The translations under genes were made by a program, and so were the position numbers. A DNA stretch of 64,000 nt from Mobula hypostoma (taxonomy: Eukaryota): contig NC_086097.1 of the NCBI RefSeq assembly GCF_963921235.1, forward strand, positions 226,922,001-226,986,000, written 5' to 3'. A model generated the notes under the pieces. That model saw only the letters and a list, made by a program, of their open reading frames with translations. It had not been told where the DNA came from and searched no databases. Below, piece by piece: positions 52,898-64,000 of the stretch (within the stretch, counting starts at the first letter, position 1; each line of letters opens with the position of its first letter).

Positions 52898-53184
52898 TAT
52901 TATTTATTTATTTTTTATTTATTGAGATACAGTGCGGAGTTGGCCCTTCAAGCCATGTCGCCCAGCAACAAATCATTTAACCCTAGCCTAATCAATTTAC
53001 AATGACCAATTAACCTATCAACCAATATGTCTTGGGACTGTAGGAGGAAATTGGAGCACCCCGAGGAAACCCACATGGTTACGGGGAAGAACATTCAAAT
53101 TCCTTACGGGCAACAACAGGAATTGAACCTGGGTTGCCTGTACCATAAAGCGATGTGCTAATCACTTCACTACTGTACCGTCCC
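52898..53184 (-). mobile_element. tRNA-derived SINE, V-SINE type
   Basis: Reverse complement has B box ggttcaattcc, V-domain gtgggtttcctcggggtgctcc and an (aaat)n tail. Confidence 0.8.
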
Positions 53185-53464
53185 AATTGATGGACAGCTC
53201 ACAAATTTAGGATATTTCTGTTTATGAGGCAGTGTAAATTTTCTGCCACTTATGGAAGTAGTTTGACATGGAACTGTTAGCATTTCTCACCAAGTTTAAG
53301 TTCATTAATTTATCGATTTGTTATTTTTAATATATTGTACAAGTTCATGTGAATTTACATCTGTGATCTTTTGCATTATTCCTTAAGCTTCAATGCATCT
53401 ATTAAAGTTTGCTATAGTTCCCTGATATTCAGCATTTTCCTATAAAACACCTAATATAAATAAT

Positions 53465-53675
53465 CATAAACAAGAGAAAATCTGCAGATGCTGGAACTCC
53501 AAGCAACACACACACAATGCTGGAGGAACTCAGCAGGTCAGGCAGTATCTGTGGAAAAGAGTACAGTCGATGTTTCGGGCCGAGACACTTCATCAGCAGT
53601 TCAGATGAAGGGTCTAGGCTCAAAATGTCAATTGTACTTCTTTCCATAAATGCTGCTTGACCTGCTTAGTTCCTT
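53465..53675. mobile_element. Fold-back pair of PLE terminal-repeat pieces joined at the hammerhead
   Basis: Minus copy 53465-53596 and plus copy 53597-53675. Confidence 0.85.
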
Positions 53676-55390
53676 AAGACCATAAGATATCGGAGCAGAT
53701 TAGGCCATTTGGCCCATTGATTCTGCTCCACCATTCAATCATGGGCTGATCCAATTCTTCCAGTTATCCTCACTCCCTGCTTTCACCCCATACCCTTTGA
53801 TGCCCTGGCTAATCAAGAACCTATCTATCTCTGCCTTAAATGCACCCAATGACTTAGCCTCTACAGCTGCTCGTGACAACAAATTCCACAGATTTACCAC
53901 CCTGAGACTGAAGTAATTTCTCCACATCTCTGTTGTAAAAGGGCATCCTTCAAACCTGAAGTTGTGCCCTCTTGTCCTAGAATCCCCTACCATGGGGAAC
54001 ATCTTTGCCATATCTAATCAGTTCAGGCCTTTTAACGTTCGGAATGTTCCTGTGAGATCCCCACCATCCCCAGGGAATACAGCCCAAGAGCTGCCAGACG
54101 TTCCTCTTAGGTAACCCTTTCATTTCTGGAATCATTCTTGTGAATCTTCTCTGAATCCTCTCCAATGTCAGATTATCCTTTCTTAAATGAGGAACCCAAA
54201 ACTGCACACAATACTCCAAGTGTGGTCTCATGAGTGCCTTATAAAGCCTCAACATCACACCCCTGCTCTTATATTCTATACCCCTAGAAATGAATGCCAA
54301 CATCTTCTTCACAACTGACTCAACCTGGAGGTTAACCTTTAAGATATCTTGCACAAGGATTCCCAAGTCACTTTGCATCACTGCATTTTGAATTCTCTCC
54401 CCATCTGAGTAATAGTCTGCCTGTTTATTTCTTCCACCAAAATGCATGACCATACACTCTCCCATATTGTATTTTATTTGCCACTTTTTTTTGCCCATTC
54501 CCCTAACGTATCTAAGTCTCTCTGCAGGCTCTCTGTTTCCTCAACACTACCCGCTCCTCCACCTATCATTGTATCATCGGCAAATTTAGCCACAGATCCA
54601 TTAATACCATAGTTCAAATCATTGACATGCCTCGTAAACAGCAGCAGTCCCAACACCGACCCCTGTGGAACTCCATTGGTAACCAGCAGCCAGCCAGAAT
54701 AGGATCCCTTTATTCCCACTCTGTTTTCTGCCGACCAGTCAATGCTCCACCCACACTAACAACTTCCCTGTAATTCCATGGGCTCTTATCTTGCTAAGCA
54801 CCTTGTCAAAAGCCTTCTGAAAATCCAAGTATACTACGTCTACTGCATGTCCTTTGTCGGCCCTGCTTGTAATTTCCTCAGAGAATTGCAGTAGCTTTGT
54901 CAAGCAGGATTTTCCTTTCAGGAAACCATTCCGGCTTTGGCCTGTCTTGTCATGTGTACTCCGTAATCTTATGGTGCAAAATACGCATTCAGTTCCTCTG
55001 TCATCTCTGCATCTCTCATTATAATATCTCCAGTGTCATTTTGTATTGGTCCTATAATCTACCCTTGACTCCCTTTTACCCTTTATATACTGAAAAATGC
55101 TTTTATATCTTCTTTGATATTAGTCACCTGCGTCCTCTCATAATTCATCTTTTTCTTCTGAATGACCTTCTTAGTTTCCTCCTGCAAGTTTTTAAAAGCT
55201 CCCCAATCCTCTATCTTCCCACTAGCTCTGGCTTCCTTCTACGACCTCTCTTTTGCTTTTACTTTGGCTCTGACTTCAGTTGTCAGCCACGGTAGTGTCC
55301 TTCTTCCTTTTGAAAATTTCTTCATATTTTGAATATAGCTGTCTTGTACTCTCCTCATTTTTCACAGAAACTCCAGCCATTGCTGCTCTG
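53676..55390 (-). mobile_element. 5'-truncated, internally deleted CR1
   Basis: GVPQGSVLG and AKFADDT; 3' tail abuts the PLE piece at 53676. Confidence 0.92.
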
Positions 55391-55459
55391 CTAATATAAA
55401 TAATGCAATATTAGTAACATACATATTGAAATTTTTATAATAAAATAAATCACTAAGAA

Positions 55460-55692
55460 TGTATTGACAGTGTTGGGTAAGGAGTATGGCCCGGTCACTG
55501 ACCTTTCAGTGGGTGAGCAGCTAGGGAACAACGACCAAAAATCTTTAACCTTTAACATGGCTATCGATGATGATAAGTATGGACCTTGTTGGACAGTATT
55601 AAATTGGAGCAGAGCAAAGTCCAAGAGCATTAGGCAGGAACTAGGAAGAGTTAATTAGAACTGCTGTTTTTGAGTAAGTCCACATCCAACAT
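55460..55692 (+). mobile_element. CR1 EN fragment
   Basis: DLSVGEQLGNNDQ...LNWSRA. Confidence 0.7.
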
Positions 55693-56600
55693 GGTAGCAT
55701 AGTAGTTAGCGCGATGCTATTGCAGCTGGGGGTGTCAGAGTTTATAGTTCAATCCTGGTGTCCTCTGTCAGATCACAAACAAGAGAAAATCTACAGATGC
55801 TGGAAATTTGAGCAACACACACAAAATGCTGGAGGAACTCAGCAGGCCAAGCAGCATCTATAGAAAGAAGTACAGTCGACATTTCAGGCCAAAATCCTTT
55901 GGCAGGACTGGAGAAAAAAAGCTGGGGAGTAGGTTTCAAAGGTGGGGGGAGGGGAGAGAGAAACACCAGGTGATAGGTGGAATTTGGATGGGGAGGGATG
56001 AAGCAAACAGCGAGGAAGAATGAACATCGATTTCTCCAACTTTCAGTAATGTCCCCCCCTTCATCATTTCCCATCCCCTTGTTCCTCCCTCATGTTATCT
56101 CCTTGCCCGTCCCATCACCTCTCTCTGGTGCTCCCCCCCCCTTTTTTCTTTCTTCCATGGCCTTCTGTCTCTTCTACCAATCAACTTACTAGCTCTTTGC
56201 TTCATTCCTCCCCCCCCAAGTTTCACCTATCGCCTGCCGTTTCTCTCTCCCCTCGCCCCATCTTTCAAATCTACTCCTCAGCTTTTTTTCTCCAGTCCTG
56301 CCGAAGGGTTTCGGTGCAAAATGTCGACTGTACTTTTTTCCATAGATACTGCCAGGCCTGCTGATTTCCTCCAGCATTTTGTGTGTGGTCCTCTGTCAGG
56401 TGTTTGTACAATTCCCCCCCCCCCCCGTCCCCCCACCACCATCTCGTGGAATGAGTGGGTTTTCTTTAGGTACTCCAATTTCCTCCCACATCTTCCTCCC
56501 AAAGACGTATCAGGTTAACTCAGAATTTTTGGGAGTTGCTGGGTGGCATGCATCGAAAGGCCAGAAGGCCTTATTCCATGCTGTATCTCCAAGTAAATAA
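55693..56600 (+). mobile_element. V-SINE-type SINE split by a PLE insertion
   Basis: tRNA head with gttcaatcc; V domain resumes after 56399. Confidence 0.75.
55772..56387. mobile_element. Inverted-repeat PLE family A insertion
   Basis: Minus arm ~55772-56010 and plus arm ~56018-56387; 12-bp TSD gtcctctgtcag at 55760-55771 and 56388-56399. Confidence 0.9.
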
Positions 56601-56993
56601 ATTAGAAGTAAAAATCATAAATGGGTTTCAGTATCATAATCACAGCAAATGTAAAATTTAAATTTGTATTTTAAAGGTAGTCACTACAGTTGTTCCCAAC
56701 AGTGAAAATTCGCTCCTCAGTTACTTTAATTCACCATTTTTGAACTAGATATTGCGGTTGATATTGGTGAAATAAATATTTACAATAAACCTGAGTTTTT
56801 TCTGTTATTTCTCTATTCAAAGTAGTAGTGATTTTAATATTGCTTGAATTTTTATGGAAGTGTCTCTGTTGAAACAACATTAATATACTGTACATTTTCT
56901 AATAAAGCAACAGTTTTTGCAGATTCTCATCCTGTGTAAGCATTATTTTCACAGGTCTTTTAAAGCAATAACCAAAATATTTTTATAGGCTCA

Positions 56994-58640
56994 CAGTGCC
57001 TATAAAAATTATTCACACCCCTTAGATGTTTTCATGTTTTATTGTTTTACAACATTGAATCACAGTGGATTTAATTTGACTGTTTTTAGACTGATCAACA
57101 GAAAAAGAATTTTTTGTGTCAAACTGGAAACAAATCTCTACAAAGTCATCTAAATCAATTACAAACATAAAGCACAAAATAATTATTGCTTAAGTATTCG
57201 CACCCTTCAAGTCAGTATTTAGTAGATGCACCTTTGGTAGCAATTGCAACCTTGAGTCTGTGTGGATACTGCAGGTCTCTATCAGCTTTGCACATCTGGA
57301 CACTGCAATTTTTTCCCCCAACCTTCTTTACAAAACTGCTTAAGCTCTGTCAGATTGCATGGGGATCATGAGTGAAGAGCCCTCATCAAATCCAGCCACA
57401 AATTCTCAGTTGGATTGAGGTCTGGACTCTGACTTGCCACTCCAGGATATTAATTTTGTTGTGTTTAAGCTTGTGAAGCTTTGGCTTTAGGTTTGGGGTC
57501 ATTATCTTGCTGGAAAACAAAACTTCTTCCAAGTCGCAGTTTTCTTGCAGACTGCATCAGGTTTTCCTCTCGGATTTCCCTGTATTTTGCAGCATTCATT
57601 TTATGCTGTACCTTCACAAGCCTTCCAGGGCCTGCTGTAGTGAAGCATCCCTCAGCATGAGGCAGTCTCCACCATGCTTTATGGTAGGGATGGTGTGTTT
57701 TTGATGCTGTGTGGTGTTTGGCTTATGCCAAACATAACATTTAGTCTGATGGGCGAAAAGCTCAATTTTGGTTTCAGAAGACCATAGAACCTTCTTCCAG
57801 CTGATATCAGAGTCTCCCACATGCCTTCTGGCAAACTCGAGCAGAGATTTCATGTGAGCATTTTCCAACAGTGGCTTTCCCTTTGCCACGCTTCCATAAA
57901 GCTGTGACTGGTGAAACACCCAGGCAGCAGTTGTTATATACGCAGTCTCTCTTATCTCATCCACTGAAGCTTGTAACTCTGCCAGATTTGGCATAGGCCT
58001 CTTGGTGGCCTCCCTCATGAGTCCCCCTCCTGCACAGTCACTCAGTTTTTGAGGATGGCCTGTTCTAGGAAGATTTACAGCTGTGCCATATTCTTTCCAT
58101 TTCTTGACAATTAACTGTACTCCAAGGGATATTCAGTGACTTTGAAATTTTCTTGTATCCATCTCCTGACTTGTGCTTTTTAATAACTTTTTTTGCGGAG
58201 TTGCTTGGAGTGTTCTTTTATCTTCATGGTGTAATTTTTGCCAGGGTACTGATTCATCAGCAGTTTGACCTTCCAGATACTGGTGTACTTTTACTACAAT
58301 CAATTGAAACACCTTGATTGCACACAGGTCTCCAAACTAATCTCCATTTAACAAATTATGTGACTTCTAAAACCAATTGGCTACACCAGTGATGATTTGG
58401 TGTGTCATATTAAAAGGGGGGGGGGGGTGAATACTTTTGCAATCAATTATTTTGTGTTTTATATTTGTAATTAATTTTAGATCACTTTGTAGAGATCTGT
58501 TTTCACTTTTCACGGAAGTGTCTTTTTCTGTTGATCAGTATCAAAAAAGCCAAGTTAAATCCACTGTGATTCAATGTTGTAAAACAATAAAACATAAAAA
58601 CTTATGGGGGGGAGGCGGTGAATACTTTTTATAGGCACTG
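56994..58640 (-). mobile_element. Full-length decayed Tc1-like transposon (IR/DR type)
   Basis: ~210 bp TIRs starting cagtgcctataaaaa with an internal repeat of the tattcac-cccc motif; WKKVLWSSETKIELF and PTIKHGG; TA at the right end. Confidence 0.93.
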
Positions 58641-59464
58641 TATATGATTTGGTGTAGTGTTAGTAGTTGATGATCTGTAGTATTTTTATAACTTGGTGCT
58701 TTAGGATGAAATTATTATCATTAACATTTTAAATTTCCAATCCACAAAACAGATGGTACTAAAATATCATAAGGTCAAAACGAAGTGACAACATATCATT
58801 CTGTAGGCATTTAACTTTCATCTGAGGACAGTCCAGTCCTGGGTGACCCTGGCTGACTTGGGTGTCAGCACTTGTTCTTTTTCAGCAAGTTGTTAACCTA
58901 AGGAAAAGCTTTAGTTTTGTATTAAGTGAGGAGAAATGGCAAGTTCATTCCTCTTTATTCAGACAAGCTCACTTCATGATGAGGATGAATATCTTATCAC
59001 TTGTGTCAGAGATTTGTACAATGCTTATTAATGATGGAAGATGCTGGACTTGGTCTTTCTTGTCTTCTGTATTGATTGCCTTGTACTCTGTAGCTGCTGA
59101 CTAAGATGGATGGACATGTGTGGCACAGTACCATAGTTTCCTGTGATCAACTAATATGGCAATGCTGATATCCATCAGATACTCTGATAACTATCTTTTT
59201 AAAATATATTTTGTTGCTGTGATCCCAGCATCTCAACCTTTTGGCACATCATGTATTGCTAGTTTTATCATACTTTCACGTTCTGTTAAATAAGGGCTTT
59301 TCTTGAGTTTTGAGAATGTTAATATTGTTGCTTTATCCATATTTTGCCCTTGGTGAATACGTATATCAAATGGAACTATAAGATGTAACAGGATTATTTG
59401 GAAGGCAAAATAATTTGTTTTTCTACTTTGCTCATTCTGACCAAATGATCAGAACCTGTTAAAA

Positions 59465-59554
59465 CAACACACATCAAAGTTGCTGGTGAACGCAGCAGGC
59501 CAGGCAACATCTTTAGGAAGAGGTACAGTGGACGTTTCAGGCCGGGAGCCTTTG
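59465..59554 (-). mobile_element. 90 bp PLE family A mini-insertion
   Basis: 16-bp TSD tcagaacctgttaaaa at 59449-59464 and 59555-59570. Confidence 0.9.
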
Positions 59555-59727
59555 TCAGAACCTGTTAAAATATTGGATGTTGAAGAGTTTTATTAGCTTA
59601 AGATTCAATACAACAGATCAGTGAATCCATCTTATGAGTTAGAGACTCAATTATTTACTATATCCATATAGTATTCGTCTATATTTTTTGTCAAAAATTG
59701 AATCCATTTTACTTAGGTTATGGATGA

Positions 59728-59837
59728 GGACTACCTATCACCTCACCTCTATATCCTCACAGGTGACTGCCTATCACCACACAGTATATCCTCACATGTG
59801 ACTGCCTGTCACCTCACAGGTGACTGCCTGTCACCTC
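59728..59837. repeat. Short imperfect tandem repeat
   Basis: About four copies of gactgcct(a/g)tcacc(t/a)c. Confidence 0.75.
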
Positions 59838-59879
59838 CTGTTGATGAGAAGTATAATTTAATTAATGTGAATTAATTGG

Positions 59880-62540
59880 GCCTGGGTGCCTTCAGACCAT
59901 GGATACCACTGTCACTAAATCTGGCTCAAATGACTCTAGGCAGCTCCAGACCTCAGATCTCACCATCGCCAACTCCGGTTCCACCAACCCACCAGACTGT
60001 GAATTACTTGGCCCACAGCTTCGGTTGCAGCCCCAACTTTGGCCAACTCCAGCTTCAGACCCAAAGCTTTCTCGCTTCTGCTGGGCTGCTGGGCTCCACT
60101 TCCCTCACTAATACTCCCAACCCCAGGTCTCTCAGGCTCCCTGTCACCTCTTCGGCCTTCAGAACCTCCATCTTCTTCCTGAAGGTCCTAACCCTCCCCT
60201 CTTCTCTGATGCCACCAACGCTGTTCCCCCCCCCACCCCCCCGATCCCAGCTCTAATCCCTGCCCTGTTCTCATCATTCCCTTTGACTTTCCCCTCTCTG
60301 ACGTGGAACGTTCTGACTTCAGCAGAGGCCTTACCTTTTATTCCCTTCATTTGTACCTTAATAAGTTCAGTGCCTGTCACGATGCTGAGCTCTTCTTCTA
60401 TCACCTCTATCTCCAAGCCCACTTCTTTGGCAAGGATTCCCAACTGATGTCCCCCTTCTTTCATTTCCAACTTTCTTCTTCAAATTGTACTTCTTGGTCT
60501 GGTTTTCTGCCTGATCTGGATCTTTCCATCTTTAATTGCTGACGAGACATCAACTGGCTCGACATTAGCACTCTTCTCTCCTCGTTGAACTTTATCCCCT
60601 CTGAACACTCTGCCCACTCTTTCCTCAATCAATCCCAACCTCACCATCAAACCCGCAGGCAAAGCGATTGCTGTTGTACTGTGGTGGACTGACCTCTATC
60701 TTGCTGAGACCCCAGGCAGCAACTCGCAGAAACATCCTCTTGTTCATCCCTTGAACAGGACTCCACTGAGGACCATTAGGCCATTGTCTCCTGCACCATC
60801 ACCAACCTCATCAACTCTAGAATTCTCCCATTCACTGCTACTAACCTCATAGTTCCCTTACCCTGCGCTGCTCACTTCTACCTCCTGCCCAATATCCACA
60901 AGATCCATTGTTTCTGCCTGCTCCTGTCCCACTGAACTTGTGTCCACATACCTCAGCTCCATTTCATCCCCCTTGGTGGTTCATTCTCTTCCAACCTACA
61001 TCCATGACATTTCACATACTCTCAATCAACTTCCAATTCCTTGGCACTGATCACTTCATTTTCACCACGGATGTCCTGTCCCTATACATTTATAATCCTC
61101 ATTTAAAAAAAGCCTTAGAGCTCTCCACTTCTTTCTCGACACCAGACCCAACCAGTTCCCCTCCATCACCACTCTCCTCTGTCTGGTGGAACTGGTACTC
61201 ACCCTCAACAATTTATTTGGCTCCTCCCACTTTCTCCAAACTCAAGGTGCAGCCATGGGCACCCGCTTGGGCCCCAGCGAAACCCTGCCTTTTTATTGGT
61301 TATGTTGAGCAGTCATGTTCCAAGCTTTCCCTGGTAATTATCCCCAACACTTCCTGCGCTACATTGTGACTACGTTGGTGCTTCTTTCTGCACCCATGCC
61401 GAGCTTCTCAGTTTCATCAACTTTGCCTCCAACTTCCACCCTGCCCTTAAATTCACTTGGTCAACTTCTGACACCTGTTTCCCTTTTATCGATCTCTGTG
61501 TCTCCATCTCTGGAGACAAGCTGTCCACAGATATTTTTTATAAACCTACTGATTCCCACGAATATCTTGACTATACCTCTCCCACCTGTAAAAATGACAT
61601 TCAGTTCCTTGATCTCTGCTGCATTGGCTCCTAGGATGAGTCTTTCCTTTCCAGAACAACAGTGATATTCTCCTTTTCCCGCCATTGATGCTGCCCTCAC
61701 CCTCATCTCCTCCATTTCCTGGACATCTGTTTCATCCCCATCTTCCCGCGACCTTAACAGGGATGGAGTGATTCTTGTCCTCATCTACCACCCCATGAGC
61801 CTCCACATCCAATACATCATCCTCTGCAACTTCTGCCAACTTCAACAGGACCCTACCACCAAGCACATCTTTACCTCTCCGCCACTCTCTACTTTCTGCA
61901 GGGATTGCTCGCTCCATGATTCCCTTGTCCTTTCGTCCCTCCCTACTAATGTCCCTCCTTACACTTATTTATGTAAGCAGCTAAAATGCTACACCTGCTT
62001 TTCACCACCTTTCTCTCCTCCATTCAGGGCCTCAAACATGTCTTTCCAAGTGAGGCAACACTTTGCTTGCGAATCTTTTGGGCTTGTCTACTGTATCTGG
62101 TGCTCCTGATGAGGCCTCTTCATTGGTGAGATCCGAGGTAGATTGGGGAATCACTTTGCCGAGTATATCCGCTCCAACCACAAAAAGTGGGATTTCCCAG
62201 TGGCCAACCATTTCAATTCCTACCTGTTCCCGTTCTGACATGTCAGCCTATGGCCTTCTCCTCTGCCACAATGAGGCCAATCTCAGTTTGGAGGAGCAAC
62301 ATCTCATATTCCGTCTAGGTTGCTTCCAACCTAGTGGTATACCATCAATTTCTCCAACTTCTGGTATTTTTTTCACCTCCCACTTCCCGCTTCTTCAATA
62401 CCCCACTTTGACCTCTCACCTCTTTTCCTCACTTGCCTGTCACCTCCCCCAGTGCCCTTTCTCCTTCCCTTTCTCCCACAGTTCACTTTCCTCTCCTATC
62501 AGATTCCTTCTTCTCAAGCCCTTTGCCTTTTCCACCCTTA
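59880..62540 (+). mobile_element. Long degenerate PLE family A copy
   Basis: SRGLTF, NPNLTIKPAGK, TTDVLSLY, AMGT and VYCIWCS in the expected order. Confidence 0.88.
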
Positions 62541-62684
62541 TACATTTGTTTTGGATTACTCTTTAGGATAGTGGACTCACCAGGAAAGGTTGGAGCTCTT
62601 TTAACTAGAATTGTATTTAATCAAAGCAACATTTATCTTGAAAATCCATGGAAGAATGCACATGCTTTCACAACGTACAGTATT

Positions 62685-62852
62685 TTGATTCAAGCTTCTT
62701 TAGTATCATTGCCTGTACACAAGTATAAAGGAGAACAAAATGGTTGTCAATCCAGATCTGATGCAGTACAAACAAAAAACACAAAAGAAAGAACAAAATA
62801 ATAATAATAAAAAACGCAATGCATATCAATATATCAGATAGCTTATATACGT
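62685..62852 (-). mobile_element. Rex/Babar-type 3' UTR remnant
   Basis: ttgattcaag...gtacacaagtataaaggagaac; loosely similar to the remnant at ~4390-4500. Confidence 0.4.
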
Positions 62853-63856
62853 AACACACATCAAAGTTGCTGGTGAACGCAGCAGGCCAGGCAGCATCTA
62901 TAGGAAGAGGTGCAGTCGACGTTTCAGGCCGAGACCCTTCGTCAGGACTAACTGAAGGAAGAGTGAGTAAGGGATTTGAAAGCTGGAGGGGGAGGGGGAG
63001 ATCCAAAATGATAGGAGAAGACAGGAGGGGGAGGGATGGAGCCGAGAGCTGGACAGGTGATTGGCAGAAGGGGATACGAGAGGATCATGGGACAGGAGGT
63101 CCGGGAAGAAAGACGGGGGGGGGTGACCCAGAGGATGGGCAAGAGGTATATTCAGAGGGACAGAGGGAGAAAAAGGAGAGTGAGAGAAAGAATGTGTGCA
63201 TAAAAAAGAGTAACAGATGGGGTACGAGGGGGAGGTGGGGCCTAGCGGAAGTTAGAGAAGTCAATGTTCATGCCATCAGGTTGGAGGTTACCCATACGGA
63301 ATATAAGGTGTTGTTCCTCCAACCTGAGTGTGGCTTCATCTTTACAGTAGAGGAGGCTGTGGATAGACATGTCAGAATGGGAATGGGATGTGGAATTAAA
63401 ATGTGTGGCCACTGGGAGATCCTGCTTTCTCTGGCGGACAGAGCGTAGATGTTCAGCGAAGCGGTCTCCCAGTCTGCGTCGGGTCTCACCAATATATAAA
63501 AGGCCACATCGGGAGCACCGGACGCAGTATATCACCCCAGTCGACTCACAGGTGAAGTGATGCCTCACCTGGAAGGACTGTTTGGGGCCCTGAATGGTGG
63601 TAAGGGAGGAAGTGTAAGGGCATGTGTAGCACTTGTTCCGCTTACACGGATAAGTGCCAGGAGGGAGATCAGTGGGGAGGGATGGGGGGGACGAATGGAC
63701 AAGGGAGTTGTGTAGGGAGCGATCCCTGCGGAATGCAGAGAGAGGGGGGGAGGGAAAGATATGCTTAGTGGTGGAATCCCGTTGGAGGTGGCGGAAGTTA
63801 CGGAGAATAATATGTTGGACCCGGAGGCTGGTGGGGTGGTAGGTGAGGACCAGGGG
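62853..63856 (-). mobile_element. Young 5'-truncated PLE family A with open GIY-YIG C-terminus (63242-63856)
   Basis: GVIYCVRCSRCGLLYIGETRRRLGDRFAEH...LQPDGMN with no stops; CpGs retained. Confidence 0.95.
62914..62949 (-). ncRNA. Minimal hammerhead ribozyme, family A, intact core
   Basis: Reverse complement AGTC-CTGACGA-agggtctcggcct-GAAA-CGTC-GACT. Confidence 0.85.
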
Positions 63857-64000
63857 ATTACGCAACCACCAACTGCGACTCCAGCCTTGAACTCCAGGCC
63901 GGGTCTTTATGTGCTGGTGTTGTGACTCCCGTCTCCCCTTCCCCCACCACCACTCCGCAGCCCCGTCTCCCTCAGATCCCACCGTCAGCTCCTGGGCCCT
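63857..64000 (+). mobile_element. Inverted 5' part of a PLE, running off the window
   Basis: Resembles ~60040-60160 of the long + strand PLE. Confidence 0.55.

Noticed and set aside
52898..53184. tRNA gene
   Set aside because: Only a degenerate SINE head; no complete cloverleaf seen
58862..59104. 80-aa ORF with a nearby acceptor as a further host exon
   Set aside because: No recognisable protein features and no convincing support beyond an open frame
15427..59570. Recurrent ~100 bp repeats as a CRISPR-like array
   Set aside because: Dispersed, on both strands, each with its own TSD; eukaryotic retroelement ends
63242..63982. 246-aa ORF as a complete gene
   Set aside because: The first ~42 aa are antisense sequence across the inversion junction; the rest is a truncated PLE ORF

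Overview
Eukaryotic, repeat-dense DNA, most likely from a cartilaginous fish (probably a ray); this is inferred from the repeat families, not from a database search. About two thirds of the window is transposon debris: CR1 LINEs (some with an SGNH-esterase ORF1), RTE and Rex1/Babar pieces, one near-complete Hero/R2-superfamily element, two Penelope-like (PLE) families, V-SINE-type SINEs, Tigger, hAT and Tc1 DNA transposons, and two probable solo LTRs, often nested. Highlights: (1) both PLE families carry a minimal hammerhead ribozyme in their terminal repeat; several 90-165 bp mini-insertions with target-site duplications (TSDs) end at the ribozyme, one within a base of the predicted cleavage site; (2) a PLE end plus a 1.7 kb CR1 segment share one 14-bp TSD, suggesting a template-switch chimera; (3) four phase-compatible candidate + strand exons of an unidentified host gene; (4) a DNA transposon with perfect 13-bp TIRs and an unusual 6-bp TSD; (5) elements resembling mammalian MER2, Tigger4 and Charlie3/MER1 (recalled from memory). 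TSD/TIR coordinates were counted by hand; degraded repeat edges are approximate.
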